In this document: positions 29,546-39,918 of the stretch, piece after piece
How the letters are laid out: the number at the start of each line of letters is the position of its first letter
How positions within the stretch are numbered: the stretch's first letter is position 1
Assembly (NCBI GenBank): GCA_937138255.1
Contig: CAKZOU010000033.1
Span: 14,622-78,621 of the forward strand
Origin: an uncultured Rhodobacteraceae bacterium
GTDB taxonomy: Bacteria; Pseudomonadota; Alphaproteobacteria; Rhodobacterales; Rhodobacteraceae
DNA: 64,000 nt
Direction: 5' to 3'
Notes under the pieces: generated by a model
Databases searched by the model: none
What the model saw: only the letters and a program-made list of their open reading frames with translations
Told to the model about the DNA's origin: nothing
Position numbers and translations under genes: made by a program

Positions 29546-29619
29546 AATCCGACGTTTTGATCAAATTCCGCGCTTTGACGCCCCTTCCCGTGCGCCCCTC
29601 GTCGGGGTAGGACTGGCAC

Positions 29620-30252
29620 ATGAGCCGCCTTATCGCCTTCAACAAACCCTTCGACGTCCTGTCGCAGTTTACCGATTCCGGTTCTCCGACCGAGCGGCGG
29701 ACACTGTCGGAGTTTGGCCTTCCCTCCGGCATCTATCCCGCCGGGAGGCTGGACCGCGATAGCGAGGGGCTGCTCCTGCTTACCGACGATGGCCGCCTGC
29801 AAGCACGGATCGCCGATCCGACGTTCAAGCTGGCAAAGACTTACCTCGTGCAGGTCGAGGGCGCGCCGACAGATGCCGACCTTGCGCCCTTGCGCGCCGG
29901 GGTGAAGCTGAAGGACGGGATGACCCTGCCCGCCGGGGCCAAGCTGATCGAGCCCCCTGCCCTGTGGGACCGTGACCCGCCGGTGCGATTCCGTAAATCC
30001 GTCCCCGACCGCTGGATTTCTCTGACGCTCCACGAGGGGCGCAACCGGCAAGTCCGGCGCATGACCGCCGCCATCGGCTTTCCTACCCTGCGCCTTGTGC
30101 GCTGGCAAACCGGGCCGTGGGCCCTCGAGGGGCTCGCGCCCGGAGACTGGCGCGAGATTGACGCCTCGGAGTTGACATTCACGCCTTCCGGCGCAGGCCG
30201 AGGCCCAAGCCCAGCGCCACGACCGAAAGCCCGCCACCGAGCCAGAAAGTAG
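29620..30252 (+). CDS. rluE: Pseudouridine synthase, RsuA/RluE family (no S4 domain)
   Basis: 210 aa with the catalytic motif [17 protein letters not shown]. Confidence 0.75.
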   Translation: MSRLIAFNKPFDVLSQFTDSGSPTERRTLSEFGLPSGIYPAGRLDRDSEGLLLLTDDGRLQARIADPTFKLAKTYLVQVEGAPTDADLAPLRAGVKLKDGMTLPAGAKLIEPPALWDRDPPVRFRKSVPDRWISLTLHEGRNRQVRRMTAAIGFPTLRLVRWQTGPWALEGLAPGDWREIDASELTFTPSGAGRGPSPAPRPKARHRARK

Positions 30253-31360
30253 CCTCGGGGCCGAAGACCTCCCAAACCACCCCGGCGATGCCGCTTGCGA
30301 ACATCAGGGCAATGCCCGTGCCGAAATTGAACACGCCGAAAGCGGTGGCGCGGATGTCGTCGGGAACAGTCGCCGCGACCTCGGCCGAGAGAAGCCCCGA
30401 CATCATGCCGAGGTGCAGCCCCCAGATACCCGAGGCGACGAGCGCCGTGCTGGTCGTGCCTGCCAGAGCCAGCAGGGCGTCGGCAACCACCAGAACGGCG
30501 ATGCCTGCCAGCAGAAGGCCACGCCGCCCGATCCGGTCGGAAATCACTCCGGCTGGATAGGCGGAAAGGGCGGCGCCCGCGTTCATCACGATCAGGACAA
30601 GCGGCAGATGCAGAAGGGAAAGGCCCAGATCTTGCGCACGAAGGATCACGAAAGCCTCTGAGAAGCGGGCGAGCGTGACAATGACGCCAAAACCAAAAAC
30701 CGCCCAGAAAGCCGCTGGCAGTTTGGGCAATTGCCAGACGGGCTGAGGCGCTTCGCTTCGGGGACCATGTTCCGGCTCGGCCACGCCAAGCCAAAGGACG
30801 GCCAGTGCGCCGAGGCCGGGAATGGCGGCCACCCAGAAGACCGCCCGCAGATCGCCCGCGAAAAGGCTCAGGAACAGAAGCGCCAAGAGGGGGCCGGCAA
30901 AGGCGCCGATATTGTCGAGCGATTGCCTGAGGCCAAAGGCCGCCCCGCGCTTGCCTTCGGGCGCGAGCGCCGCCACCAGCGCATCGCGCGGCGCGCCGCG
31001 GATGCCTTTGCCGAACCGGTCGGACAGTCGGGCGGCAAGCACCCAATAGGGCCCCGTCGCCAGCGCAAAGATCGGCTTGGACAGTGTTCCCAGCCCATAG
31101 CCCAAGAGCGCCAGAGGCTTGCGTTTGCCGATCCGGTCGGAAATCCGCCCCGAGAACAGCTTGACGATATTCGCCGTCCCCTCGCCCAAGCCCTCGACGA
31201 GGCCGACAAAGGCCACCGACGCGCCGAGCGAGCCCACGAGAAACGCGGGCAAAAGCGCGTGGATCATCTCCGACGAGATATCCATGAAGAGGCTCACAAG
31301 CCCCAGCGCCCAGATCCCGCGCGGCAGGCCGCTGCGCGGCGTTCTCGGGCTGTCGTTCAT
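30179..31360 (-). CDS. MFS transporter
   Basis: 393 aa, about 12 TM segments, with the MFS signature [12 protein letters not shown]. Confidence 0.8.
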   Translation of the reverse strand: MNDSPRTPRSGLPRGIWALGLVSLFMDISSEMIHALLPAFLVGSLGASVAFVGLVEGLGEGTANIVKLFSGRISDRIGKRKPLALLGYGLGTLSKPIFALATGPYWVLAARLSDRFGKGIRGAPRDALVAALAPEGKRGAAFGLRQSLDNIGAFAGPLLALLFLSLFAGDLRAVFWVAAIPGLGALAVLWLGVAEPEHGPRSEAPQPVWQLPKLPAAFWAVFGFGVIVTLARFSEAFVILRAQDLGLSLLHLPLVLIVMNAGAALSAYPAGVISDRIGRRGLLLAGIAVLVVADALLALAGTTSTALVASGIWGLHLGMMSGLLSAEVAATVPDDIRATAFGVFNFGTGIALMFASGIAGVVWEVFGPEATFWLGGGLSVVALGLGLGLRRKA

Positions 31361-31363
31361 GTC

Positions 31364-31957
31364 CTACCAGACCTCTGGATCAATCCCCTGTTCGGCCAGC
31401 TTGGCGAACTTGTCCTGCAAGTAGCGTTGGAAGTGCTGGTTCTTGTAGTCTTGCGTCACCACATATTCGAGGCCCGAGATGAAGTGGAAGGGCTTGAAGT
31501 AGCCCGGCAGGCGGAACACCTCGGCTTCTCTCAGGCTCGTCGCGCCAACGGTTTCCGGCGGGAAGAAAAGCATCGTCGGCGTGAAATTGACAAACCATTT
31601 CACCGCGAGATCCCGCTCTTCCATTTCCTCGCCATCGAAATCGAGAACCGCGCGAGAGCCGAACATATCTAGCTGCACCACATCGAAGTGCTCGCTGAGA
31701 TAGCTCACGATCTCCTCGCGCTTAAAATTCACCTCGTGCAATTCGCGGCAATAGGGGCAGCCGCGCTGCTCGAACAAAACGGCCAGCGCCTTGCCCTGAT
31801 CGGCCGCTTCCTCATGGTCGAGCGCCATCTCCAGAAAGCTGTCTTTGAGAAAGTGTTCGTCGTAGAGCCCGTCGTCCCCGACAGTGCCCTGTGCCTGCGC
31901 GCGTCCGGCTGTCACAAGGCTGGCGGCGGACAGGGCGAGCAGTGTTCTACGATCCAT
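31364..31957 (-). CDS. Periplasmic thioredoxin-like protein (SoxS/SoxW-like, CPYC)
   Basis: 197 aa with an RR-containing signal peptide (MDRRTLLALSAASLVTAGRAQA) and the redox motif GCPYC. It ends 3 nt before the MFS gene start. Confidence 0.7.
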   Translation of the reverse strand: MDRRTLLALSAASLVTAGRAQAQGTVGDDGLYDEHFLKDSFLEMALDHEEAADQGKALAVLFEQRGCPYCRELHEVNFKREEIVSYLSEHFDVVQLDMFGSRAVLDFDGEEMEERDLAVKWFVNFTPTMLFFPPETVGATSLREAEVFRLPGYFKPFHFISGLEYVVTQDYKNQHFQRYLQDKFAKLAEQGIDPEVW

Positions 31958-32006
31958 GGTCGTCTCCCTGTTCCCAGTTCCGTGGGGCCAGTCTAGCAGG
32001 GGCGCA

Positions 32007-32040
32007 ACAAAAAAGGCCCCACAATTTCGTGTGGGGCCTT
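32007..32040 (-). terminator. Rho-independent terminator of pntAB
   Basis: On the - strand AAGGCCCCACA-cgaaat-TGTGGGGCCTT followed by TTTTTT. Confidence 0.75.
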
Positions 32041-32057
32041 CTATGGGTCGGATTTTC

Positions 32058-33491
32058 CTACTGGATCCGCGTCAGAAGATCGTCGAGCGATTTCTTGGCA
32101 TCGCCATAGAACATCCGCGTGTTTTCCTTATAGAACAGCGGATTTTCGATCCCCGAATAGCCGGTGCCTTGGCCCCGCTTGGAGACGAACACCTGCTTGG
32201 CCTTCCAGCATTCCAGAACCGGCATCCCGGCGATGGGGCTGCCCGGGTCTTCCTGAGCGGCGGGGTTCACGATGTCGTTCGAGCCAATAACGATGGCCAC
32301 GTCCGTCGTCGGGAAATCCTCATTGATCTCGTCCATTTCCAGCACGATGTCGTAGGGCACCTTGGCCTCGGCCAGAAGCACGTTCATGTGGCCCGGCAGG
32401 CGGCCAGCGACGGGGTGGATCGCGAAGCGGACGGTCTTGCCCTTGGCCCGCAGGCGGCGGGTCAGTTCCGCCACGTTCTGCTGCGCCTGCGCCACGGCCA
32501 TGCCATAGCCCGGGATTATGATGACGCTGTCGGCATCGTCGAGGGCGGCGGCAACGCCATCGACGTCGATCGCCACCTGCTCACCGTCGATTTCCATGGC
32601 GGGGCCGGTGGTATTGCCGAAACCGCCAAGGATCACGCTGATGAACGAGCGGTTCATCGCCTTGCACATGATATAGCTCAGGATCGCACCCGAGGAACCG
32701 ACAAGCGCACCGACGACGATCAGAAGGTCGTTGCCAAGCGAGAAGCCGATCGCGGCGGCGGCCCAGCCCGAGTAGCTGTTGAGCATCGAGACGACCACAG
32801 GCATATCCGCGCCGCCGATCCCCATGATCAGGTGATAGCCGATGAAGAACGCCAGAAGCGTCATCGCGATCAGCGTCCAGAGGCCTGCGCCGTTGAGGAA
32901 CATGGCGAGGAGAACGAGGCTGCCCAGCGCCGCACCGGCGTTCAGCGCGTGGCCGCCCGGCAGCTTGGTCGCTTTCGAGGTGAGCTTGCCCGCAAGCTTG
33001 CCGAAGGCCACGACCGATCCGGTGAAGGTCACCGCACCGATGAAGACCCCGAGGAAGACTTCGACCTTGAGGATGGTCTGTTCGACCGCATCCTTATGGG
33101 CGAGGATCGCGGCAAAGCCTTCGAGCGCCTCGCGCTCTTCCGCACTCATCGCCAGCACGCGGCCAAGCTCGAGATAGGCGTTGTAGCCGACGAACACGGC
33201 CGCCAGACCCACGAGCGAGTGCATCGCGGCGACAAGCTGGGGCATTTCGGTCATCTGCACGCGCTTGGCGACGATAGTGCCGATGATGCCACCGGCGACG
33301 ATCAAGACGACAGAGAGCATCCAGAGGCCCGCGCCGGGGCCGACGAGGGTCGCGGCCACGGCCAAGGCCATACCGGCGATGCCATACCAGACGGCGCGCT
33401 TGGCGCTTTCCTGCCCCGAAAGGCCGCCGAGCGAGAGGATGAACAGGACAGCCGCGACGACATAGGCGGCGGTGGTGAAACCGATTTCCAT
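32058..33491 (-). CDS. pntB: NAD(P) transhydrogenase subunit beta
   Basis: 477 aa with an N-terminal membrane domain and a C-terminal NADP(H) domain ([11 protein letters not shown]). Confidence 0.95.
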   Translation of the reverse strand: MEIGFTTAAYVVAAVLFILSLGGLSGQESAKRAVWYGIAGMALAVAATLVGPGAGLWMLSVVLIVAGGIIGTIVAKRVQMTEMPQLVAAMHSLVGLAAVFVGYNAYLELGRVLAMSAEEREALEGFAAILAHKDAVEQTILKVEVFLGVFIGAVTFTGSVVAFGKLAGKLTSKATKLPGGHALNAGAALGSLVLLAMFLNGAGLWTLIAMTLLAFFIGYHLIMGIGGADMPVVVSMLNSYSGWAAAAIGFSLGNDLLIVVGALVGSSGAILSYIMCKAMNRSFISVILGGFGNTTGPAMEIDGEQVAIDVDGVAAALDDADSVIIIPGYGMAVAQAQQNVAELTRRLRAKGKTVRFAIHPVAGRLPGHMNVLLAEAKVPYDIVLEMDEINEDFPTTDVAIVIGSNDIVNPAAQEDPGSPIAGMPVLECWKAKQVFVSKRGQGTGYSGIENPLFYKENTRMFYGDAKKSLDDLLTRIQ

Positions 33492-33504
33492 TTGCCCGGC
33501 CTCC

Positions 33505-35076
33505 TTAGGATTTCTGGAACATGGCGAGCATTCGCCGGGTGACGAGGAAGCCGCCGAAGATGTTGATAGCAGCCATGAAGACCGAGAGCGCGGCGAGGAT
33601 GATCACAAGCGTCGATCCCGACCCGATCTGCAACAGAGCACCAAGGATGATGATCGACGAGATCGCGTTGGTCACGGCCATCAAGGGCGTGTGCAAGCTG
33701 TGGCTTACATTCCAGATCACCTGGAAGCCGATGAACACCGACAGGACGAAGACGATGAAGTGCTGCATGAAGCTTGCGGGCGTATAAAGTCCGGCCAGCA
33801 GCATCAGCGCCGCACCGACACCCAGAAGCGTGACCTGATTGCGGGTCTGGGCCTTGAAGGCCGCCACTTCAAGCGCGCGTTTCTCTTCCGCGGTCAGCTC
33901 CTTCGGCTTTTCCTTCTTCTGCACCGCAATCGCCTGAACCTTGGGCGGTGGCGGCGGGAAGGTGATCGCGCCATTGTGGGTCACCGTGGCGCCGCGGATC
34001 ACGTCGTCTTCCATGTTGTGGTTGACGATGCCGTCCTTCTCGGGCGTCAGGTCGGTCATCATGTGGCGGATATTGGTCGAGTAAAGCGTCGAGGCTTGGG
34101 CAGCCATCCGGCTCGGGAAGTCGGTATAGCCGATGATGATCACGCCGTTATCGGTGACGATCCGCTCGTCGGCCTTGGTCAGCTTGCAGTTGCCGCCCTT
34201 TTCGGCGGCAAGGTCGATAATGACAGAACCGGGCTTCATGGCCTTCACCATGTCCTCGGTCCAAAGTTCGGGCGCTTCGCGGTTGGGGATGAGGGCCGTG
34301 GTGATCACGATATCCATCTCCGGCGCGATCTCGCGGAATTTCTTGAGCTGCGCCTCGCGGAATTCGGGGCTCGAGGGGGCCGCATAGCCGCCGGTGGTGG
34401 CGCCATCCTGCTGAGCCTCTTCAAAATCGAGATAGACGAACTCGGCGCCCATCGATTCCACCTGCTCGGCCACTTCGGGGCGCACGTCGAAGGCATAGGT
34501 GATCGCGCCCAGCGATGTCGCCGTGCCGATCGCGGCGAGGCCAGCCACACCGGCGCCGACCACGAGAACCTTGGCGGGCGGCACCTTGCCGGCGGCGGTC
34601 ACCTGACCGGTGAAGAAGCGGCCAAAGTTGTTGCCCGCCTCGATCACCGCGCGGTAGCCCGCGATATTCGCCATCGACGAAAGCGCGTCCATCTTCTGGG
34701 CGCGGCTGATGCGAGGCACCATCTCCATCGCGATGACATTGGCGCCTTTCGAGGCGGCCAGCTCCATCAGCGCCGCGTTGGCGCCGGGATTGAAGAAGGA
34801 AATGAGCGTCTGGCCCTCGCGCAGCCGCTTGACCTCGGCCTCGGTGGGCACGCGGACCTTGGCGACGATATCGGCCGCCTTGAAAAGCGCGGCGGCGGTC
34901 TTGACGACCTCGACACCGGCCTCCTTGTAGGTCGCGTCCGAGAAACCGGCCTTCTCGCCGGCGCCTGTTTCTATCACGCACTCATAGCCGAGCTTCTGCA
35001 GATCGCGGGCCGAAGCCGGGGTCATGGCGACCCGGTTTTCGCCCTCAATGATTTCCTTTGGTGCACCGATTTTCAC
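33505..35076 (-). CDS. pntA: NAD(P) transhydrogenase subunit alpha (fused form)
   Basis: 523 aa with an alanine-dehydrogenase-like dI domain ([15 protein letters not shown]) and C-terminal TM helices. Confidence 0.95.
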   Translation of the reverse strand: MKIGAPKEIIEGENRVAMTPASARDLQKLGYECVIETGAGEKAGFSDATYKEAGVEVVKTAAALFKAADIVAKVRVPTEAEVKRLREGQTLISFFNPGANAALMELAASKGANVIAMEMVPRISRAQKMDALSSMANIAGYRAVIEAGNNFGRFFTGQVTAAGKVPPAKVLVVGAGVAGLAAIGTATSLGAITYAFDVRPEVAEQVESMGAEFVYLDFEEAQQDGATTGGYAAPSSPEFREAQLKKFREIAPEMDIVITTALIPNREAPELWTEDMVKAMKPGSVIIDLAAEKGGNCKLTKADERIVTDNGVIIIGYTDFPSRMAAQASTLYSTNIRHMMTDLTPEKDGIVNHNMEDDVIRGATVTHNGAITFPPPPPKVQAIAVQKKEKPKELTAEEKRALEVAAFKAQTRNQVTLLGVGAALMLLAGLYTPASFMQHFIVFVLSVFIGFQVIWNVSHSLHTPLMAVTNAISSIIILGALLQIGSGSTLVIILAALSVFMAAINIFGGFLVTRRMLAMFQKS

Positions 35077-35198
35077 GGGCGGACCTCCCTCTTCACTGTG
35101 CTTTGCGCCCTTTTACTGAACGCACCTTGATTTCACAACGCAACGAGATTGCGTCACTTTGCCGGCCCAAGCGCCGGTAACGTCACGGAACAATGCCT

Positions 35199-35684
35199 TC
35201 AAAGCCATCTGCGGGTCTTCGCGCAGTAGCGGGCGAAGTCGGCGCGATATTTGCGCCGCAGCCGATCTTCCTCGGCAAAGATGAAATGCCGCTCGATCCA
35301 CCACAGAAAGATCGGCACCAGAACCAGCGCCTCGGGCGCGTCGAGTTTGAGTATGAACCCAGTCAGCACCAGCACATCGCCCAGATAGATCGGGTTGCGG
35401 CTGCGGCGGAAGATGCCCGATTGCACCAGATGCGTGGCTTCCTTGTGTGGAATGAATGTCGTGCGCCACTTTCGCATCTCGACCACAGCCAAGAGCATCA
35501 GGATCAGGCCACCGCCAATCAGGATACCCGCCAGAAAATCCGACCATCCGCCGCCAAAGCTCAGCCCCCAGAGGTCTGCGCGAGCCAAGCCCCACGCGAC
35601 CGCGCCAAAGAGCGCAAGCCAGACGGGTGGAATGTCTATCCACTTGAGCAAACCCTGTTCCTCCATTCCGAGCAAGGTAGACAT
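35199..35684 (-). CDS. Isoprenylcysteine carboxyl / phospholipid methyltransferase-family membrane protein
   Basis: 161 aa, multi-TM, with the family motif RSRNPIYLGDVLVLTG...EEDRLRRKY. An alternative start lies at ATG 35666. Confidence 0.7.
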   Translation of the reverse strand: MSTLLGMEEQGLLKWIDIPPVWLALFGAVAWGLARADLWGLSFGGGWSDFLAGILIGGGLILMLLAVVEMRKWRTTFIPHKEATHLVQSGIFRRSRNPIYLGDVLVLTGFILKLDAPEALVLVPIFLWWIERHFIFAEEDRLRRKYRADFARYCAKTRRWL

Positions 35685-35704
35685 TCAAAAACATGCATGT
35701 CTAC
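35677..35704. promoter_or_regulatory. Inverted repeat in the divergent methyltransferase / kynU region
   Basis: GTAGACAT (35677-35684), a 12-nt spacer, then ATGTCTAC (35697-35704). The 10-bp perfect palindrome ACATGCATGT (35691-35700) partly overlaps the distal arm. Confidence 0.3.
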
Positions 35705-35814
35705 GTAAAACGATCCCTGCGGCGGCTTGTCCTACCGGGCCTTCCCCTTGGCCCGTCGACAGACTAGACCGTTCCAGAGCCAATGCACCTCCAATTTCGA
35801 GGAAACCCGCTTTC

Positions 35815-37023
35815 ATGACCGATTTCGCCGCCACCAAGGCCCGTTTTCACCTCCCCAAGGACGTCATCTACCTCGATGGCAACAGCCTCGGCCCCCTGCC
35901 CAAGGCGGCAGCCGGTCGCATGGCCTCGGCGGTCACCCACGAATGGGGCGAGATGCTGATCACCGGCTGGAACCGTGGCGGGCGCGACGGGGCGGGATGG
36001 ATGGCGATGCCCACCGGGATCGGCGACCGGATCGCGCGGCTGATCGGCGCCGAGCCGGGCCATGTGGTCATGGGCGATACGCTGTCGATCAAGGTCTATC
36101 AGGCGCTGGCCTCGGCCATCGAGATGCGCCCTGATCGCAAGGTGATCCTGTCGGACAGCGGCAACTTCCCCTCCGACCTCTATATCGCGCAGGGGCTGAT
36201 CCAGAGCCTCGGGCGCGGGCTTGAACTGAAGGTCGTGGCCCCTGAGGATATCGCCAACCACATCGACGAGACCGTGGCCGCCACCCTCATCACCGAGGTC
36301 GACTACCGGACAGGCCGCCTGCATGACATGAAGGCGCTGACTGCCAAGGCCCACGCCGCAGGCGCTCTGGCGATCTGGGATCTGGCGCATACCGCTGGCG
36401 CGACCGAGGTCGATCTGGCGGGCGCGAAAGCCGATTTCGCCGTTGGCTGCACCTATAAATACCTCAACGGCGGCCCGGGCGCGCCCGCTTTCATCTATGT
36501 GGCCCCGCGCCATGCCGAAGTGGCCCGCCCTGCGCTCTCGGGCTGGCTCGGCCACGAGGCGCCCTTCGCCTTCGATCTCGACTACCGCCCCGGCCACGGG
36601 ATCGAGCGGATGCGCGTCGGCACCCCGCCGGTTCTGGCGCTGGCCGCGCTCGAGGCATCGCTCGACATCTGGGACATGACCACGATGGCCGATATCCGCG
36701 CCCGCTCAATCGAACTGACCGAGGCTTTCGTCGAAGGCGTCGAAGCCGCCTGCCCGATGCTCACCCTCGCCTCGCCCCGCGAGCCGAACCTGCGCGGCAG
36801 CCAGATCTCGTTCCGCTTCGAAGACGGCTATGCCGCCATGCAGGCCCTCATCGCGCGTGGCGTGATCGGCGATTTCCGCGCGCCCGATATCATGCGTTTC
36901 GGCTTCACACCGCTCTATATCGACGTAGGCGACGTGGCGAAGGCCGTCGATATCATCGCGGATGTGATGAACCGCCGCCTTTGGGACCGCCCGGAATACC
37001 GCAAGAAAGCCCGCGTGACGTGA
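35815..37023 (+). CDS. kynU: Kynureninase
   Basis: ORF 35395..37023 trimmed to the ATG at 35815 (MTDFAATKARFHLPKDVIYLDGNSLGP). PLP-lysine region CTYKYLNGGPG. Confidence 0.9.
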   Translation: MTDFAATKARFHLPKDVIYLDGNSLGPLPKAAAGRMASAVTHEWGEMLITGWNRGGRDGAGWMAMPTGIGDRIARLIGAEPGHVVMGDTLSIKVYQALASAIEMRPDRKVILSDSGNFPSDLYIAQGLIQSLGRGLELKVVAPEDIANHIDETVAATLITEVDYRTGRLHDMKALTAKAHAAGALAIWDLAHTAGATEVDLAGAKADFAVGCTYKYLNGGPGAPAFIYVAPRHAEVARPALSGWLGHEAPFAFDLDYRPGHGIERMRVGTPPVLALAALEASLDIWDMTTMADIRARSIELTEAFVEGVEAACPMLTLASPREPNLRGSQISFRFEDGYAAMQALIARGVIGDFRAPDIMRFGFTPLYIDVGDVAKAVDIIADVMNRRLWDRPEYRKKARVT

Positions 37024-37505
37024 ACTTTCACGTCCGCCCCTACTGTGCCGAGGATCGGGCCGCGATGGCTGAGGTCTTCTACCGCGCGGTTCGGGAGGGG
37101 GCGAAGGGCGCCTATAGCGAGGCGCAGCTTGAGGCATGGGCGCCGCAGGCCGAGCCGAATTGGGACAGGCCTGACAAGCTCCTCGACCAATGGGCTTGGG
37201 TGGCGCTTGACGATCAGGGCCGGATGCTGGGTTTCATGACGCTCGATCGCACCGGCTATCTCGACATGGCCTTTGTCATCCCCGAAGCGAAGGGCACAAA
37301 GGTCGCGCCTTCGCTCCATGCCTCGCTCCTCGCGCAGGCTCGCGATGCGGGGCTGACCCGCCTGACCGTCCGCGCCTCGATCCTTGCCCGCCGGTTCTTT
37401 CTCAAGCAGGGCTGGCAGGTAGACCGGAGGCATATGCACGACGCAGCCGGCCAGATCTACGAGACCTATCTGATGTCGCTCACGCTTGGCGCCGCCCCAG
37501 ATTAG
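37020..37505 (+). CDS. GNAT-family N-acetyltransferase
   Basis: The GTG start at 37020 overlaps the kynU stop (GTGA). About 161 aa with a GNAT-like core (AWVALDDQGRMLGFMTLD...). Confidence 0.65.
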   Translation: MNFHVRPYCAEDRAAMAEVFYRAVREGAKGAYSEAQLEAWAPQAEPNWDRPDKLLDQWAWVALDDQGRMLGFMTLDRTGYLDMAFVIPEAKGTKVAPSLHASLLAQARDAGLTRLTVRASILARRFFLKQGWQVDRRHMHDAAGQIYETYLMSLTLGAAPD

Positions 37506-38301
37506 GCCCCGAAGCCCAAAGGACCGCCCCACAGGCTGCAATCAGGAAGGCAAAATAGGCGAGGCCCCCCGCATCGCTTTCCAAGGCCGGAAAGACATAA
37601 TGCGCCCAGTTGAACGAAGCGTGCATGACCATCACCGCCAGCAGGCTGCCGCCGCTTCGATTGTAGATCCACGTTAGCAAGACCGACAACAGGACCGTCG
37701 ACAGAGTGAGGCCCCAGAAGGGCTTGTCGTAATAGATCCCGGCACTCGGCAACTGGAACAGAGGCAAGTGCCAGACCGCCCAGACAAGACCGATCCCGAC
37801 CGTTGCCACAAGCGGGCTGACCCTTGCTTGCGCTTCGTCAAGCAGCGTGCCGCGCCATCCGGCTTCTTCCTGAAGCGGACCCCCGAGCAGGAGAATGAAC
37901 ACGAACGAGATCGGCACCGCGACCGGATTAGCCAGCGCTTCCGATGCGGGGCGGGCTCCGTCGACCATGCCGGCGACGACCCACGCGCCGCCGATGACCA
38001 CAGGAAGAAGCAGAAAGGCGGCGGCCCAGCAGAAACCGGCAAAACGCCATTGAATCAGCCTTTTCAACAGACGTCGAACCCCTTGCCCTCCGTCATATGC
38101 GAACGATGCAACGAGCGCCCCGATCAACGGCCCCCATGCGGCAAATGCGCCTGTCACAAGAAACTCTGGCAGACCTTCCGGCACTTGCCACGCGCCCGAA
38201 GAAAACCGGGCCGCCGGCCACCACTGCCCCCATGACCAAAGGAATGTCACGCCCAGGAATACCGATAAACGTCCCACTGGATCCTCCCTCGTTACCCACA
38301 A
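37480..38301 (-). CDS. CPBP-family intramembrane glutamic endopeptidase (CAAX protease / Abi type)
   Basis: 273 aa, multi-TM, with the motifs QEEAGWRGTLL, AVWHLP and HASFNW. Confidence 0.75.
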   Translation of the reverse strand: MWVTREDPVGRLSVFLGVTFLWSWGQWWPAARFSSGAWQVPEGLPEFLVTGAFAAWGPLIGALVASFAYDGGQGVRRLLKRLIQWRFAGFCWAAAFLLLPVVIGGAWVVAGMVDGARPASEALANPVAVPISFVFILLLGGPLQEEAGWRGTLLDEAQARVSPLVATVGIGLVWAVWHLPLFQLPSAGIYYDKPFWGLTLSTVLLSVLLTWIYNRSGGSLLAVMVMHASFNWAHYVFPALESDAGGLAYFAFLIAACGAVLWASGPNLGRRQA

Positions 38302-38541
38302 TCCAACTATTTGCCGCGCTCCGAGCTATTGCAATGAATTTGGCTGAACGGCAGAGTGACAGGCGACACTCGGGATCGCGACAATGCAGCTTGGAATGAT
38401 CGGACCCTCCGTTTTCGGCGTGCCGCTTTGCCGGCCGGCCGGGTGGGTTTCTGCATGGCGAAAGATGGCGGCCCAAAGCATGAAAGACGCCCCTCTGCGG
38501 CGTTGATCCCGCTTTCGTTTTCCCGCCTTCAGGAGTTTCAG

Positions 38542-39375
38542 ATGACCGACCCGATCAATCCCGCCGACCACGGCGCGCAAATGGCCTTTGATGGCCGTAT
38601 GTCCTATACCGACTACCTCTCGCTCGATGCGATCCTCACCGCGCAGCACCCGCTCTCTGACGCCCATGACGAGATGCTGTTCATCATCCAGCACCAGACC
38701 TCCGAGCTTTGGATGCGGCTTGCCCTGCACGAGCTTACCGCCGCCCGCGCAGCACTTGTTGCAGGCGAAACCGCCCCCGCCTTCAAGATGCTCGCCCGCG
38801 TCTCACGGATCTTCGAGCAACTGAACTCCGCCTGGGACGTGCTGCGCACGATGACGCCCTCCGACTACACCCGCTTCCGCAAGTCACTGGGGCAGTCGTC
38901 GGGCTTTCAAAGCTGGCAATACCGGCTCATCGAATTCATGCTGGGCAACCGCAACCGCACTATGCTCAAACCCCACGCCCACCGCCCCGACCTTCTGGCC
39001 GCGCTCGAGGCGGAGCTTGCAAAGCCGTCGCTTTACGACGTGGCGCTTGGGCTTTTGTCGGAAACCTTCCCCTTGCCCGAGGCAATCCTGAACCGGGATT
39101 TCTCGGCCCCCTACGCGCCCGATCCCGCCGTCGAGGCGGCATGGACCGAGGTCTACCGCGCGCCGGAAACGCATTGGCGGCTTTATGAGCTTGCCGAAAA
39201 ACTCGTCGATTTCGAGGACTACTTTCGCCGCTGGCGGTTCAACCATGTCACTACGGTCGAGCGCGTCATCGGCTTCAAGCGCGGCACCGGCGGGACGGGC
39301 GGGGTCGACTATCTCAAGAAGATGCTCTCGGTCGAGCTTTTCCCCGAGCTTTGGCACCTCAGAACAACACTTTAG
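38542..39375 (+). CDS. kynA: Tryptophan 2,3-dioxygenase
   Basis: ORF trimmed to the ATG at 38542, preceded by AGGAG. Motifs [34 protein letters not shown]. Confidence 0.9.
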   Translation: MTDPINPADHGAQMAFDGRMSYTDYLSLDAILTAQHPLSDAHDEMLFIIQHQTSELWMRLALHELTAARAALVAGETAPAFKMLARVSRIFEQLNSAWDVLRTMTPSDYTRFRKSLGQSSGFQSWQYRLIEFMLGNRNRTMLKPHAHRPDLLAALEAELAKPSLYDVALGLLSETFPLPEAILNRDFSAPYAPDPAVEAAWTEVYRAPETHWRLYELAEKLVDFEDYFRRWRFNHVTTVERVIGFKRGTGGTGGVDYLKKMLSVELFPELWHLRTTL

Positions 39376-39447
39376 CCGGAAAGACTGATCTCTTGGCTTG
39401 CCTTGCGCGTATGCATGAGGCCCACTTAGGAAAACCGCGAGGCAGGC

Positions 39448-39915
39448 ATGATGAGAACACTTCTGATTAACGGCAAGGTGCATCGGGTGGACCTGCCCGA
39501 TGAAGTCCCCCTCCTGTGGGTTCTGCGCGACGAGTTGGGCCTGACCGGCACCAAATACGGCTGCGGCGTCGCGGCCTGCGGGGCCTGCACGGTGCATATG
39601 AACGGCGAGGCGGTGCGCAGCTGTCAGGTGGCTCTGGGCGATGTGACGGGGGCGATCGTGACGATCGAGGGCCTCGGCACGCCCGAGAAGCTGTCGGTTC
39701 TGCAAGAGACATGGGCCGATCATCAGGTGGCCCAATGCGGCTACTGCCAATCTGGCCAGATCATGCAGGCGGCCGACCTTCTGGCACGCGTTTCCGAACC
39801 ATCGGACGACGAGATCGACGAGGCCATGCAGGGTAATCTCTGCCGCTGCGGCACCTATCCCCGCATCCGCGCCGCGATCCATGATGCGGCAGCGCGCATC
39901 AAGGCGGAGGGCTAG
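39448..39915 (+). CDS. (2Fe-2S)-binding small subunit of a molybdenum hydroxylase (IorA-like)
   Basis: 155 aa with the cluster motifs [11 protein letters not shown] and CRCGTY. Confidence 0.85.
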   Translation: MMRTLLINGKVHRVDLPDEVPLLWVLRDELGLTGTKYGCGVAACGACTVHMNGEAVRSCQVALGDVTGAIVTIEGLGTPEKLSVLQETWADHQVAQCGYCQSGQIMQAADLLARVSEPSDDEIDEAMQGNLCRCGTYPRIRAAIHDAAARIKAEG

Positions 39916-39918
39916 GAT

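Noticed and set aside
29336-29560. A 74-aa Arg-rich ORF in the odc-rluE spacer.
   Set aside because: It has no SD, is basic and low-complexity, and lies antisense to the structured odc leader. The region is better explained as non-coding RNA or promoter DNA.
31884-35130. Two 552-aa ORFs (31884-33542 and 33472-35130) antisense to pntB and pntA. The same applies to similar long antisense or alternative-frame ORFs at 4550-5971, 23554-24723, 47098-48570, 8758-9963 and 60068-61183.
   Set aside because: All lie opposite to, or out of frame with, genes that have clear family signatures. All encode Arg/Gly/Asp/His-rich low-complexity products.
39376-39447. A possible Moco riboswitch upstream of the molybdenum hydroxylase genes. 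The same question was considered for 14643-14687 upstream of moaA.
   Set aside because: The spacers are 72 nt and 45 nt, too short for the Moco element of about 130 nt or more. No matching helices were seen.
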